Of a stretch of DNA of 64,000 bases, positions 13,530 through 27,176 are shown piece by piece. The position numbers and the translations under genes were made by a program. The stretch spans positions 46,066,001-46,130,000 of the forward strand of contig NC_043008.1 in assembly GCF_006345805.1 (NCBI RefSeq). Direction: 5' to 3'. The stretch is from Octopus sinensis. Lineage: Eukaryota. The notes beneath the pieces were generated by a model that searched no databases, was not told where the DNA came from, and saw nothing but the letters and a program-made list of their open reading frames with translations. How positions within the stretch are numbered: position 1 is the first letter of the stretch; every line of letters starts with the position of its first letter.

Positions 13530-14150
13530 TAGTTTTTGTTCAGAATGAGATAAAAAACAAGGCTGAGAAGATTTTAGAACCTTTATAAATAGAAGGTCTT
13601 ATAGCTGTTTCCAGGATATTTATTATATTCCTTCATCGGAGACGATGTGAGAAAATGGTTAAGCAAAATTTAATTTAGATAAGATACGAAATAGAGAATG
13701 AAGTGGAGGAATGAAAATAGATGTGAGATATGCAGGGATATTGCATTTGTAGATCCACTATTTAGGCAGAATGGTATACATATAAGGTTCCAGTACCTTG
13801 TGAATAAATTCCAATAGTATTAAAAACTGGTCATTCCAAGTGCACATTGCTATTGTATCAAGGGTTTTATTTAAATCGTCTTGTGAGTGGATTTGGTAGG
13901 CTGAAACTGAAAGAAGCCCGTCGTAATATGTGTGTACACATGTGTGTGTGTGTGTGTGTGTATTTATTTAATTATAAGTGTGACTATGTTTGTGTCCTTT
14001 AAATAAAACCCTTGATTCAATATCACTGTGTACAAACTCTATACTTGGAACCACAGCCTTGGTTTTTTTTTATCTCATTCTGAAAAAAAAATGTTCATAT
14101 ATCCACATGCTGATATATGGACCTACGTTGGAATCCTCATTCCCATAATC
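13530..14150. mobile_element. Fold-back non-autonomous PLE-like element with a decayed hammerhead in the left arm
   Basis: TTCAGAATGAGATAAAAAACAAGGCTG (~13539-13565) is inverse to CAGCCTTGG...TATCTCATTCTGAA (~14054-14084). TCAAGGGTTTTATTTAAA (~13857-13875) is inverse to TTTAAATAAAACCCTTGA (~13998-14016). Begins next to a TA tract. Confidence 0.6.
13596..13643 (-). ncRNA. Decayed type I hammerhead ribozyme
   Basis: Minus strand: gtct-CCGATGA-agga...tcctg-GAAAC-agct-ATA-agac. Stem I gtct/agac and palindromic loop III are present; two core substitutions (CUGA to CCGA, GUA to AUA). Confidence 0.65.
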
Positions 14151-14254
14151 ACCGAAACAAGAGCTTAACTATTGTCTATCCATAGCACTTACTCAGCATT
14201 ACCTGACACCTTTCGGTCTCACTGACACCATTACCTCCTGTAACCTCTCTCTCT

Positions 14255-14830
14255 CTCGGTATAGACTCGTACAAAGTTTGAATTGTTTCCAAAGGAACGT
14301 TTGTCCATTCTTCATCTAAAACAGTCTCCAGTTCTTGTATTGATGATGGTGGAGGATATCGGCTCCTTACTTCTTTTTCTAAAATGCACCATAAACGTTC
14401 AATGATATTGATATCTGGGGACTGTGGTGGCCAGATAAGATGTTCAGATTCACTAGAATGTTCCTCGTGGCATTCAGTAACAACTTTAGCTGTGTGAATT
14501 GGTGCATTATCATCTTGAAAGATTTACGTTTCACTCCGGAAGCAGTTCCGCAACCATAGGCTAAATTTAATCAGATAAAATGCTTAGTCTTGCCTATCAA
14601 TTCGGCCATGAAGGGAAACCATTCGGCCGGTGGATTTCCAAGATATAGGCGCCCAGATCATCACAGATCCTCTTCCGTGTTTCACAGTTGGAAGAAGGCT
14701 GTCTTGGTCAAATGCTTCTTTTGGCTGTCTCCGCATGTATACTCGGCCAGTGATCGGAAATAAAGTAAAGGATGACTTGTCCGAGAAAATAACATTCTTC
14801 CGCTGCTCTAGGGACCAATTCTGTAGGTTA
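14255..14830 (-). mobile_element. Tc1 (DD34E) transposase relic
   Basis: VIFSDKSSF, PTVKHGRGSVMIW, then after a frameshift QDDNAPIHTA, WPPQSPDINIIERLW and LDEEW. Confidence 0.92.
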
Positions 14831-14939
14831 TCAGACAGTGTGGTGCTCAAGGAGCTGCCTTCCAAGTCTTATGATGTTATCAGCCTCAAATATGCACACC
14901 TGGCCAAGGGATGCACTTCGACAATTCGTGGTTAAAAGA

Positions 14940-15335
14940 TGTGACCAAATGGATATGATGCGACATTCAAAGGTATTTTGGATCAATGTGAAGCCCCTGC
15001 CACCTTGTTTTCGTTTTAGGTACAGGCGGTCTATGTCACTGTTTATGTGGAAATTATGTGTGCTTGTTAGAATTTTCGGGTTTTCATATCAATGGCTCGG
15101 ATCTCATTAAGCGTCCGATCAAGCAACTCAGTTGCTGGTATGAGCACTGGCACTGCAAACACATTGAGAGTCCTGAGGTCCAAATTTTCTTTATTTGGCT
15201 GTAATATTCTTTAGTGACTCGTCTTTTGTTACAGGCGCCATTCTAAGATATATTTTCATCCACCCCCTAGATACCTGTAACATTCCTCGTCAGATACATG
15301 GGAAGCAGTCAAATCATTGATGGAGATGTTACTAG
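14940..15335 (-). mobile_element. R4/Dong-like LINE RT-thumb fragment
   Basis: YRYLG, then FHINSDIDRLYLKRKQGGRG on the minus strand. Confidence 0.7.
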
Positions 15336-17492
15336 TCTGGTTTATGTATGTATGTATGTATGTATGTATGCATGCATGCATGCATGTATGTATGTATGGA
15401 TGGATGGCTGGATGGATGCATGCATGCATGTATGCATATGTGTATATATATGTATGCATATGTGTATACATATATGTATGCATATGTGTATCACATATGT
15501 GTGTGTCTATATACGTGTGTCTACGTGTGCGTGTATAAAGCATTTTATTTCACGTATGCCACTGAAAACTCTATTTTATTCCCGATTCCATTGTTTGTAA
15601 AGACTAGGGGCTTTCTTCAATATCTTAATATTAGACAACTGCCCCTTTGTCTGATATTAGCAAGAGAAATGTCCAAAGGCCAAAGAATGTCTCATCTCTT
15701 GCGCAAAGGGGTTTTACTTGTTATTGTTGTTGCTGTTGTCTCCATCTAAAGCAGCACCGATTAAACAAAGCTGCAATTAATAACGTTCCAAGAGTGACCA
15801 TCTCTTCTTTTTGTGTTTACGACACCATTCGGCCAGATACCTATTTCCTTTCATTTCGGTACAAGGTTGTGATTTCAAGGCATTTGGGTTCTTACATCTT
15901 TGCCTACCATTACTTCCAGTCTTTTACTGATGACGTCACATTTCATTCAGCAATCAGGAAGCACTGTGGATAGAGTGACTGTAGCAAGTTCGCTAATAGG
16001 GGGCGCTTCTGTGCGCTGAGGTTTCTATTACATTTTGCTATTAATATAGTTGGTATGACTAATCTTATTTTAGGTAATGTATATGAGATAGGTGTGTTAT
16101 CGACTGATACTTTACTATCCGCCTCTCTCTCTCTGTGTATACGCACCTGCCTGTGTGTTTGTGTGCCTGTCTGCCTGCTTCTGTGTGTGCATGTGTGCGC
16201 ATGCGTGTGTGTATGCGATGGTGTGTGTGTTGCAGTCGCATCTTTCCGCACATGCAGGTTCTACATGGGAACAACTATGCTACCTGAATATTAATTGCTT
16301 CTCATTCCAGCTTTCCGTCTTCTTATTTTATTTATCATTTCTTTTTTTTTTTGTTTGTTCTTGCTCTTCTATCTCCATTACAACTTCGTTGGTTTATTTT
16401 GAGTTTCAGATAAAGAATTGATATTTAATGTTTCGTTTGTGTGTTATTAGAGTATGTTTAGGTATAATACAAGTTGTGCTGTGCTTGATGAGTTTTTGAT
16501 GGAGCCTTCACACATTTCGCCGTCACAAGTGTTTAGGTCACATGGCCTATACGTGTGTTTCTTTATTTTATTTTGTCATAGGTTGCATTATTCTTGGTGC
16601 TGGGGTTTAGCCCTAGGTAAGTCCTTATCGAGTTGACTTAGAATCAAAGCAATGGTTACCCTGGAAATGACAGGACATCCAGAACCAAATTATCCAATAC
16701 CGTCTTTCTCCAAGAAGATGGTTGCACTTTAAACCACATATCGCAGTTGTTTCTAGCAGGTTGACCACCCACGTATTTGCTCCATCGGTGTTGGGTCTTA
16801 TATTTTGGGTCATATCACGATGAATTCGTAATATTGTTAGAGATTCTGACAAAATAATTTGTTGTACTTACTACTGTTATTCCGAGTCCACATCCTTCCA
16901 ATAGTAATGCAATCAAATTTACATATCCCTTAAGCCTCGGGACTTGTTTTAGGAATCCAAAGTTTACTTTTTTGTATTTCAGCGAATTATCGTGTTGGGT
17001 CAGGTACTTTTGTTTAACATTTGACATTTAATTACTTCAGTATCGCTAATTCTTCAGCTCTGCTTATATCAAAAGAATGTACAACCATCGGACACCTATT
17101 GAGTTTGAAATCATCGAGGAATGTCGAAGCGAAACGATTCAGCAATTATGAGTTTTACTGGTTTTAAGAAGACATTCGATAATCGTTCACCGAGGAAAAG
17201 GCATCGATATTCTGCGAATGAGTGTAAGCTTTCATCAGGCCACACGAAAACGTCACCTTGCATAACAGGTCATGCACATCGACAGACTGGTAGGTGATTT
17301 CAGAAATCTCAGCTCCTGGACCTCTTTCACATTGAGGGAAAATATCAAGGCCAAGTCTCGGCAGCATGATTTAGCGCGACTTGTCGTCTTTCCCATCAGA
17401 TTTGCTTGATATATAAATGAGAAACATGGACATTAAACTCTATCCGGAAAAATCTCTAGAGGTATGTTAAAGTATGTTCTCCGTATTACCTA

Positions 17493-17752
17493 AAATAAAT
17501 AAATGCGCCCTTTTAAAGCCTAACCAGGCTCATGGGCCCGGTTTCCCGGTTTCAATGGCGTATATGTTCCCCAGCTGGACGGGACGCCAGTCCATCGAAG
17601 CGTTACTCATTTTTGCCAGCTGAGTGGACTAGAGCAACGTGAAATGAAGTGTTTCGCTCAAGAACACAACGCGTCGCCTGGTCCAGGAATCGAAAACACA
17701 ATCTTACGATCATGATGCTGACACCCTAACCACTAAGCCACTCGCCTCCACA
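17493..17752 (-). mobile_element. tRNA-derived SINE family C with 13-bp target-site duplication
   Basis: Minus head TGTGGAGGCGAGTGGCTTAGTGGTTAGG...TTCGATTCCTGG; TSD TCCGTATTACCTA at 17480-17492 and 17753-17765. Confidence 0.9.
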
Positions 17753-18328
17753 TCCGTATTACCTAGGATATCTAAATGAAAATCTGAATAATAGTGACCT
17801 CTATGCTGATTTATGACTGAGGGCAGAAAGGAGTTTAGAAAAATGACAAAGACACACTGGCCCCAGCGTGCAGTGTCATAACCTCATTGTCTCGGGATTT
17901 CTCTCGAGGTGGAAGTCCAGGTAATTCCAGATGAGGCGCTTGTAGAATGTGTGAACTTACTGCTGAAGGACATTGGTTATGTCGGCACAAATGACCTTCA
18001 TTTTGGTTTGCTGGGATGAGGTGTGGGAAGAGGAACTAACTTGGAGGTGGCTCAGTGGTTTTGAATATATATATGTGCGCGCACACATACATATATATCG
18101 AAACACATTCATAAAGCTATATTTAATAGCTTATAAAAATTGGGGTGAAAACGTTTTTTTGATAGGAAAACCGAAGGCTGTGCGTGGGACTCGAGCCTGC
18201 AACTCCCGTAGATATGTTAGTATTTATAGCTTTATGTATGCGCTTCGAGATATTCCCCTACCCCTCAAAAAAGAAAAGTAAATAGATCACGTTCTCTAAA
18301 AGTTTCTAAGAGTCTTTTGAGACATTTC

Positions 18329-18445
<117 letters not shown>

Positions 18446-19713
18446 CATGTGTGTGTACGTGTGTGTGCGTGCGTGTGTGTGTGTACGTGTGTGTGTGTGT
18501 ATGTGTGTGTGTGAGTGCGCCTCCTAATCATCTAAAAATCGTCTACAGTTAAATCAACTCTGAATAGCAGGATTATAATAGGATTTAGTGATGAAAATAA
18601 TAGTAATAATAATGGAGATATTGATGGTAGAAGGAGAAGGGGAGGAGGAGGAGGAGGAGTGGAAGCAGGAGGGAGAGTGTGCGCGCACGCTTAGGCACAC
18701 GTTTATATTTACTAACGAGAGATAAAGAGTACCTTGCACACGGTGTTGAGTTTGGATTTTATTAAGCATCTGGTGATTCACAGCATTGCGTTTGAGTGAA
18801 TCATCGACTGATTCCACACACATAAACACACACACACACACACACACACACAAAGGCACACGCACTCATGTATCCTCATACACACACAAACAAACACACA
18901 TACATATATGAACATATACATCCATGTATATATGTGTGTGAGTATATATACATGTGTGTATACATGCATATATATATACAGATATATACATATATGTTTG
19001 CATGTGCGTGTGTGCGAGTGTGTGTGTATATATATATATATATGGAGAGAGAGAGAGAGAGAGAGATAGGGAAACTGATAGATAGAGAGAAAGAGAGAAA
19101 GAAAAAGAGAGACTGATAGAAAGACAGAAAGAAAGACAGTAGGAAAGAAAGAAAACAGAAAGGAAAGAAAGGAAGGAAGGAAGAAATGAAGAAAGAATGA
19201 AAGAAAGAAATAGATAACGGGATGAATTGACAAACAGACAGTATATACAAATATCTCCGTACAGATTCTACCACATACTCATACATTCGCACACAAACAC
19301 ACACAATAAGAAAAGGAAATGTGTGCATTGGTAATGCTTTTCTCCGTGAAATGTTCTTTATGTATAGGAATGTTTTAAACTTGACGTTGTTGCTAATTGA
19401 ATGAAAGTGTCAGACTGGAGTACATCGGAAAAGAAAGACGTTGTTAGCAAAATATGATTTCGATCAAGGACAGGAAGTTGACAGCTAAGGCATTACAATG
19501 AGACACATGGATTCTAAAATTGCTGTCCTCCCATTGGTAGTAAATCCAATCGAGCTAGTGTGTGACGCCCTCTACATACTCGATAAGTGATAATAACTAT
19601 GTCTGTCTATGTAATGTGTGTTTCCTATATCTTGCTACTAAGCGTGAGGACAAGATGTCTCCGTATGTCAATACGTGGTGGCTTTTATACTTACATACAT
19701 ACATATATATATA

Positions 19714-19751
<38 letters not shown>

Positions 19752-19777
19752 TATATATTATATATATATATATATAT

Positions 19778-19848
<71 letters not shown>

Positions 19849-20072
19849 ATTATATATATAGGTTCAGCAAAAATTTAGATTCGAATGAATATCGTACTTA
19901 ATTTAGATGCACCAGAATGTTGTATGGTGTTATCCATAAAAAATTTGCCAAACTCTACCAAACATGGCTACTATAATAGCTAGACTTAATAGTAAAAACA
20001 TTAAGTTGGCCAGGAGTAGAATGAATAGTAACAACAAAGATAGTAATAATAATTGTAATAGTAGCATTAACA

Positions 20073-20145
<73 letters not shown>

Positions 20146-20451
20146 TAATAATAGGTAAAAATAAAAATAACAAAAATAATATTAATAATGATGATAACAA
20201 TAATAATAATAATAATAATAACATTGATATAAATAGTGATAATAACAATACCAATAATATAGGTAGTATAGATAAAAGTATGGCAGGTGGGAATGATGGT
20301 GAGGATGGTTTAATAGCTAGTAACCCTAATTTGAATAACAACATGATTACTAATAATGAAAGTTATACTAATACTAATAATAATTTAAATAACAGTAATG
20401 TGAGTGAACTATCCTTAAATAATTCCAGATCTGAATACTATCCCCCCCAGT

Positions 20452-20874
20452 TGTAATTGTAGGATTATATTAAAATGTCCGGTTTCTGGTCGTTGTTCGG
20501 TCCAAAACGTATTTTATAAATGCACGATGATAAACTCTAACAATAGCTTTCTTTATTTCTGATGTTCGGTGGATCTTAAAAGACGTCTTAACATTCATTT
20601 TTCCTCTTTTAGACTAAAACATAAGGCAGGTTGCACAACACTATCTAGCAAAATTTGGGAACTAAAAACAAACAATATAGGATTCAACCTAAAATGGGAT
20701 ATAGTTAGAAGGGCGAAACCTTATAGAAATAGTAGGGAAGGTTGTCAACTTTGTTCGATGGAAACTTATGAAATTTTAAAACATCAGGGTAATATAAATC
20801 TGTTAAATAATCGTCTGGAGTTGGGAGGATCTTGTATACATTCGACAACCCGAACGTTTAAATACTTTAAATAA
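20452..20874 (+). pseudogene. PLE GIY-YIG endonuclease domain with one in-frame TGA (20560-20562)
   Basis: Manual translation from CNC at 20452 is in frame with ORF 20569-20874; the TGA falls at the Gly of the YIG motif. Confidence 0.85.
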
Positions 20875-21434
20875 AAATTGTGAGTATTCCTATATTTTTC
20901 AAATTTTAACTTTTTATTATAATGATAATAAGAAATATATTATGCTAGCTTTCAATTTAACTTTCATAGATGACTAAGAAAACTTCACTGTAAACTTGAA
21001 ATTGGAATTTTTTCTAAATCTAATCTAGTTTTAAAATTAATAAGGCTTTCCCCCAGTTATAAAATACTATGCCTACTCATAATAATAAGTGATAGGTTTT
21101 TCCCTACTCTCTGTAAAGGAGACTAATGCCCATTTGACATTGACCTCACCAAAATAGTAGTAATTGGCATTTTGTTAGTGGCAACTACTGTCTTCAACAT
21201 GAATTCCTTTTATGTTATTCTGAAACCTCCTTTATCCCATTCCTACAACTAAAGAATCTTTATTACTTCTAACCTTATAGCAGTTAAATACAGCCATAGC
21301 TTGGTCAGTCAGTGGTTGGACTTCTCTACTTCATAGGTTCTTAAAATTTAAATCTACATCTTTGTCTGTATATCTACCTTCTGTATAATGTTGCTACTTG
21401 ATTTGAAAGCTTTTATATTAATGGAAATCCTATT

Positions 21435-21527
21435 TAATTGGCTGATGAGCACTCATCATCTTAAATCTGTTGTAATACTTACAACTTTTAATAAAATGAT
21501 GTAGTGCGAAACAATTGTACCAAATTA
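21435..21527 (+). ncRNA. Type I hammerhead ribozyme, intact core, long stem II
   Basis: ttgg-CTGATGA-gcact.catcat...gttgtaa-tac-ttacaac...atgatg.t.agtgc-GAAAC-aatt-GTA-ccaa; predicted cleavage after 21519. Confidence 0.88.
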
Positions 21528-21658
21528 CCGGAGTCATTCTTGTTGCTCATTTTGAGTATATATATATTATATATATATATAATATATTATATATATATAT
21601 ATAATATATATATATATATACATACATACACACACACATACACACACACACACATATA

Positions 21659-21697
<39 letters not shown>

Positions 21698-22040
21698 GTG
21701 CGTGTGTGTACATATGTTTCTTGATGTGCATATATGAACCTATATGTATCTATGTGCGTCCGATGTAGCTAAGTGTACACATGATTTATGTTTATGTATG
21801 TAAACATGATGTGTGTATGTTCATAACCATAGTGAACCATTTGGATAATACTTTTCTCATCAATGAAATAGAAACTTTCAATTAACTCTCACATCAAATT
21901 TACAAATTTGATACTCATTAAATAGCCGTTTGTATATTTTCTCCGATCGTTTTTTCAACTTGTCATATATCCTCTGTTTAATCTCCAAATAAGCTTTACC
22001 AGCTCGGCTCGTTCCGAGATTATTTAATAACATTCAATGA

Positions 22041-22079
22041 AACTCTGATGAGGGTTACTAATACCGAAACATGTCTGGT
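22041..22079 (+). ncRNA. Minimal hammerhead motif with decayed stem I, in a probable second PLE tail (~21830-22280)
   Basis: CTGATGA-gg...cc-GAAAC-at-GTC; core intact but stem I poorly paired. Confidence 0.55.
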
Positions 22080-22890
22080 ATCACTGTTCTGTTAAAGAGT
22101 GATATCACTACACATTGCATTCCATATCTAATGGTCTTTTAATTAATTAAGGGGGGTTTATCGTCTTTATTTACCTTTTTTAACCGTAATTATTGAGAAC
22201 TGGTTATGTTCATTAATAACAGAGTAATTTTAGGTAAATTAATATTGTGTCTTACCCATCCCTATCAAATACATATACATCCATTTTCCCTTTTTATGTA
22301 TCATACAGTCGTTGTCATGTCAACCACTTCCTATGATCAGGGAGTGTGCGTCAAGGACCGTCGTTACCAAATATGTATATCATTGTTTAAGAGATAAGGC
22401 TACATTTAGTTTCCCATTGGCCATGTGTTTGGTGTCCATTTATAGTAGATATTCCAGTATGGGCTCGTCTACTGCAAACTTGTGTGTTTATGTATGGGTA
22501 AAGGGCCCAATGCGTGGCCTGACTAATTTTCCCATGGAACCAGGTCCAATCTTGAAATTCTTTTCATTAACAACAAATAAACAGCTGAATTGCTGTACCT
22601 TGGCCATGTTGGGTTGTGAAAGAAAAGGTGGTGAATCCTTTAGATTTCAATTTGTTATATTTGTCTAAGAGTTCCTGATGGCATAAGCGGCCTTAGACAC
22701 ACGCGCGCGCGCATGAATGCGTGATATATCGAATTGCGCTTAAATGTACATATAGTACCAGCCGCCACATAAACATACACGTATGTATGTATATTTGTTT
22801 GTATGTTTGTATGTATATATTATCTATCTGGCTGTTTGTCTGTATGTCTGTCTATCTGTCTGTCTGTCAATGTATGTATGTATGTATGTG

Positions 22891-22932
<42 letters not shown>

Positions 22933-22934
22933 TA

Positions 22935-22979
<45 letters not shown>

Positions 22980-23761
22980 GAAATGTAAAGGAAGGTTTTA
23001 AAGGTAAGAGGATGGTAATACGTGAAAGCAGAATGGAGAATGAAATATTTGAAATATTTGAAATATTATCATACAATGCCTTAATTTGCGAACATAGATC
23101 CACAAATGCTTTTGTCCCTTGCTGCTTGTTGGTTCCTTGGTGGCCTACAAGGCTCATGGGGAATAGAGAGGCCGGCGGCAGCAACATCCACAAGAGAAAT
23201 TTCTCTCAGGTCTTTTGCCGCTGTGCTACGAGTCTTCCTCATTTCCAGTTTGTCATCCGGTTTAGACTTACACGAGTTCTGGAAGAAAAGGACAGTCTGA
23301 TGTGAAGACTTGCGGTTGGAGGCTATGGTGCACTAATGGCGACGGTCTTTTAATTTAATTTAATTCTGCTGCCTCTCTCACGCGCCAATCCTGATTGAAG
23401 ACATTGGCATACAATTCTATAAGGAAGGGAAGATTCACTTCCTTAAAAACGTAGCAGCCTTCTCTATATTGTTATGGCTTTAAAGAAATGGATTTGCAAG
23501 ATTGTTGCTTTATTCTATCTATCCTCAAGTAGGATGGAGGGTATATATACTGGAGTTCTGTGAAATTGGAACTCAGAACTTCAAATGTGATTCATACGAA
23601 ATCTCATTAGAATTTTGTCAAAAGATTCACTGCTTTTAACACTCTCCTTCTTTCCCTATTAATGACAAATATTGAATTGTGTATTTGAAAAAAGGATATG
23701 AGTGTGTATAGTGGACGCTTTCGTAAGACATAGATATAAGACACAAACACATACAAACATG

Positions 23762-23795
<34 letters not shown>

Positions 23796-23811
23796 CATAC
23801 ATATATATATA

Positions 23812-24005
23812 TTTTACTCTTTTATTTGTTTCAGTCATTTGACTGTGGCCATGCTGGAGCACCGCCTTTAGTCGAGCAAATCGACCCCAGGACTTATTCT
23901 TGGTAAGCCTAGTAGTTATTCTATCGGTCTCTTAGGTCGAACCGCTAAGTTACGGGGACGTAAACACACCAGCATCTGTTGTAAAGCGATGTTGGGGGAG
24001 ACAAA
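23812..24005 (-). mobile_element. SINE family A, 3' half
   Basis: TTTCAGTCATTTGACTGTGGCCATGCTGGAGCACCGCC...GAACCGCTAAGTTACGGGGACGTAAAC. Confidence 0.85.
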
Positions 24006-24519
24006 CACAGACACACAAACATATATATACACACACACACACATATATATATATATAAACATACACATATATATATTTATGTATTTATATGTATATATGT
24101 GTGTGTATGTAGCGGGGTCCGTAAGTGCATATGTGTGTCTGTGTATGACAGCAACAAAACAAAGTGTGGTTATTTTAGCGAACCACTCGGCCAAACCATG
24201 AACTCTCAAATTATATTATACATGCCGGTGTGTTGTATTGAATAATGATAATGAGTTTAACATCTTAGAAAATAGATGGATAATGTGTATCAAAGCTTGT
24301 GAAAACTCGTGCCTGTTATGTAAGAAAAGAGATTCATTTAATAAACATTCGCAGTGAGTTGCATTTTCCTATCTTCACATCTTTAGCAGAATCGTAGATG
24401 AGAAGATTGAATGAAAAAGAGGCAGAGAAGAATGTGTAACTGATAGTATGTGTATAGTAACTTTTATGAGCAACATTATTAACTATTTCTTAGATTTGTA
24501 AGAAATTTGTTGCTAACGG

Positions 24520-24835
24520 CATTTCTAGCCATGCATACTGACTCTCCGTCGGTTACGGCGACGATTGTTCCAGTTCTGCGGAACAGTTCTGCTCACAAAA
24601 TAAATATGCAGGTGGCTGAGTACTCCACAGACACGCTTATCCTCAACGTAGTTCTCAGAAAAATCCAGTTTGACACAGAATGTGGCAATGCTGGTCCCTT
24701 TGAATTACTGGTACAACTGGGGCAACTCAAAATAATGTGTTCTGCTCAAGGACACAAAGCGCCGACGAGTATCGAACTCGCAATTTTACGATTGAAAACC
24801 AAGTGTCCTTTCCATTATGCCATACGCCTTCACAT
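24520..24835 (-). mobile_element. tRNA-derived SINE related to family C (long variant)
   Basis: GCTCAAGGACACAA...ATCGAACTC...TTACGAT...GCCATACGCCTTCACA head as at 17650-17752; body shared with 32400-32690. Confidence 0.7.
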
Positions 24836-25149
24836 CCATGCCAATAGCATACACAAACGGACACATATGCATGCGTTCATTCATGTACACACGTTCATAT
24901 ACACATACACACACGCACGCCACACACACATACATACTCACACTCCATTCCTTCACACACACATATCGATGGCTAATAAAGTCCGGGGTCACATGGATTA
25001 TGGACATAACCAGTGATACATTCGAGGAAATTGGTGATCGTTACCTTTGACATGGCTAATGGTCTTATCCAGCATCACAGATGCGTCGCGCTCGGTCAGT
25101 GGATGTGTGTGTTACTCAAACAGTTTATTTTGAGCCAGGCTTGACCGCA

Positions 25150-25740
25150 TTTACTCACGCGTTAAGATTCCCTCTGGATACATCTTCGGGAATAAGATCC
25201 GATGAAACAAAGACTGTACGGCAGACTCCTTGCAAACGAAGATGTCCTTAAAAACATGCAATGTCCAGCTTTTTACTGGAACAATAGAAAAGAGACTCGT
25301 TAACATTACACAGCAATTCGGCATGGAGGTACGTTTCGGCAGAGCAAGTCTATAGATAAACAAACAGTTCAAAATAAGTATATAAATAAATAAATGAAAG
25401 TATCCTCCCAGCTCAGTCGACTCTCATTGTTTAGTAAAGAGGCGGAAGAGGTGGTTAGTCACGTGTCCAATTTGCGGATTCGGCTGAAGCTGTTTCTGTT
25501 TGAAAGTATTTTGCATATGTCAGGGGATTCTAACCAGCGTCAAATGTGATATTCCGCTTAAACAATTCCAGCAGTTTGTCCCCAGGCAGAGATGAATCGA
25601 CAAAAGAAATGTTTTTGTTGACATCGACGAAATTGAATTTTAGAGATCTGTTCAGTGTAACCATTAGTTCAGAATCACAAATTTTCACATTTACAAATAA
25701 TCGAAAACTCCCAAGCTCAACTACTATATGACAGACATCT
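25150..25740 (-). mobile_element. Very decayed PLE-type RT fragment (tentative)
   Basis: LNRSLKFN is similar to PLE LxKGLKF, and TSLFSIVPV is similar to the PLE DVTSLFTNVP motif, in the expected order. Confidence 0.35.
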
Positions 25741-25756
25741 ATCAGCAATATTCCAG

Positions 25757-25777
25757 CTTCTTCTTCTTCTTCTTCTT

Positions 25778-25808
<31 letters not shown>

Positions 25809-25817
25809 TTATTATTA

Positions 25818-25872
<55 letters not shown>

Positions 25873-25874
25873 GT

Positions 25875-25945
<71 letters not shown>
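25757..25945. repeat. Compound (TTC)n(TTA)n(CTA)n microsatellite
   Basis: Direct reading. Confidence 0.95.
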
Positions 25946-26663
25946 TCTTTCTCTCTTTCCCTCTCTCTTTCTCTCTCATTTGGGAATGTGGTGTTCCTCG
26001 TTTCTATGGTTTATTATAAAGAAATAAGTTTAAAAAAATAAAGAAATAGGTTTATTACTTTCATTCCAAAATGGGGGAAGACATAGAGTTCTCTTTCCTT
26101 TCTTATGAATTAGGGTGTGTGTAATGACCGCTTCCAAATTCAATTACCATGAAATGTGTATAATTCCTCCCGATATGAGTGATGGAGTTTTACTACAAAT
26201 GGATAATATAGGAAGCCACAAGCCTCTCATCGTGCCTCAATTTTTGTGCCAGCTGTGGACGAATGTCGTGCCGCTATTTGTGCCTTAGATTATGTTGTAG
26301 CATCTACGATGCAATATACTTTCAAATACTATTCTATAGCTTTAATGATATTGGTGTTGAATATCTTCTGGGATTTGCGCTGAATTGGGAAATGAGGTCC
26401 CACAAAAAGAACTGATTTCCTGTTATGATAATGCTACGTGATATATTTCATGCGGGTTTCACTCTGATTATTTCCCTCTTTCTTCTGCTCTTGGTGTTGC
26501 ATTGTTGTGCTTTGCTTCTACATCGGACTCTTAGTAAAACCTTGTCAGAGCTTCGTCGTTGTCAGAATAGGGTGGTTTGTTGAAACTAGCTTTGGATTTC
26601 GCCTACAAGATTGTAAATTATGACCAACAACAACAACAACACACACATATAACGCACACACAT

Positions 26664-26703
<40 letters not shown>

Positions 26704-26729
26704 ACAACACATATATATTATATATATAT

Positions 26730-26780
<51 letters not shown>

Positions 26781-26872
26781 AATCCAAATATGAAGAACAA
26801 ACACATAGAAACAACGCGAGTACGTGGTACATGTAAAGTATTAGAAGATGCTCAGGGAAGGAAAGAAAAATG

Positions 26873-26907
26873 ATTGAACTTTCGAGTAGACGCTCTCCTT
26901 CGGAAAC
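26873..26907 (-). ncRNA. Decayed minimal hammerhead in a short TA-flanked element (~26780-26965)
   Basis: Minus strand: ttt-CCGAAGG-a-gagc-gtct-actc-GAAA-gttc; same layout as 59370-59403 and the truncated copy at the window end. Confidence 0.4.
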
Positions 26908-26985
26908 AGAGGAAAGTCCAATAGAAGGAAGACGGAGGAAGAAAATCGCCAACGATTCACATATATGGAGAGATAGAAAATGATT

Positions 26986-27078
<93 letters not shown>

Positions 27079-27176
27079 CGAGAGAGAGACGGATGAAGGT
27101 GGAGAAATACAGATATATATAAATTCAAATCACGATGAACGTAAACAAACAAACGAAGTTTGCTTTAGAAGCGTTG

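Larger units (their letters stand above)
19945..21560 (+). mobile_element. 3' part of a Penelope-like element (Nematis-like): RT-thumb end, Asn-rich linker, GIY-YIG endonuclease, 3' UTR with hammerhead
   Basis: TLPNMATII..., then CNC-x5-CP-x2-GRC...NVFY...YF*...LKRR...HFSSF...TTLSSKIWELK...W.I...CQLC..E...LNNR.E...CIH. Flanked by TA tracts; hammerhead at 21435-21527. Confidence 0.85.

Noticed and set aside
16400-17100. Possible decayed PLE/LINE coding relics (also ~22300-23500, 41410-41900, 47280-47700, 49990-50700)
   Set aside because: Complex non-repetitive sequence with only vague motif resemblance; cannot be assigned without a search.
20560-20562. In-frame TGA in the PLE endonuclease as possible selenocysteine
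   Set aside because: It falls at the Gly of the YIG motif (GGA to TGA), not at a Cys position, and no SECIS was recognised.
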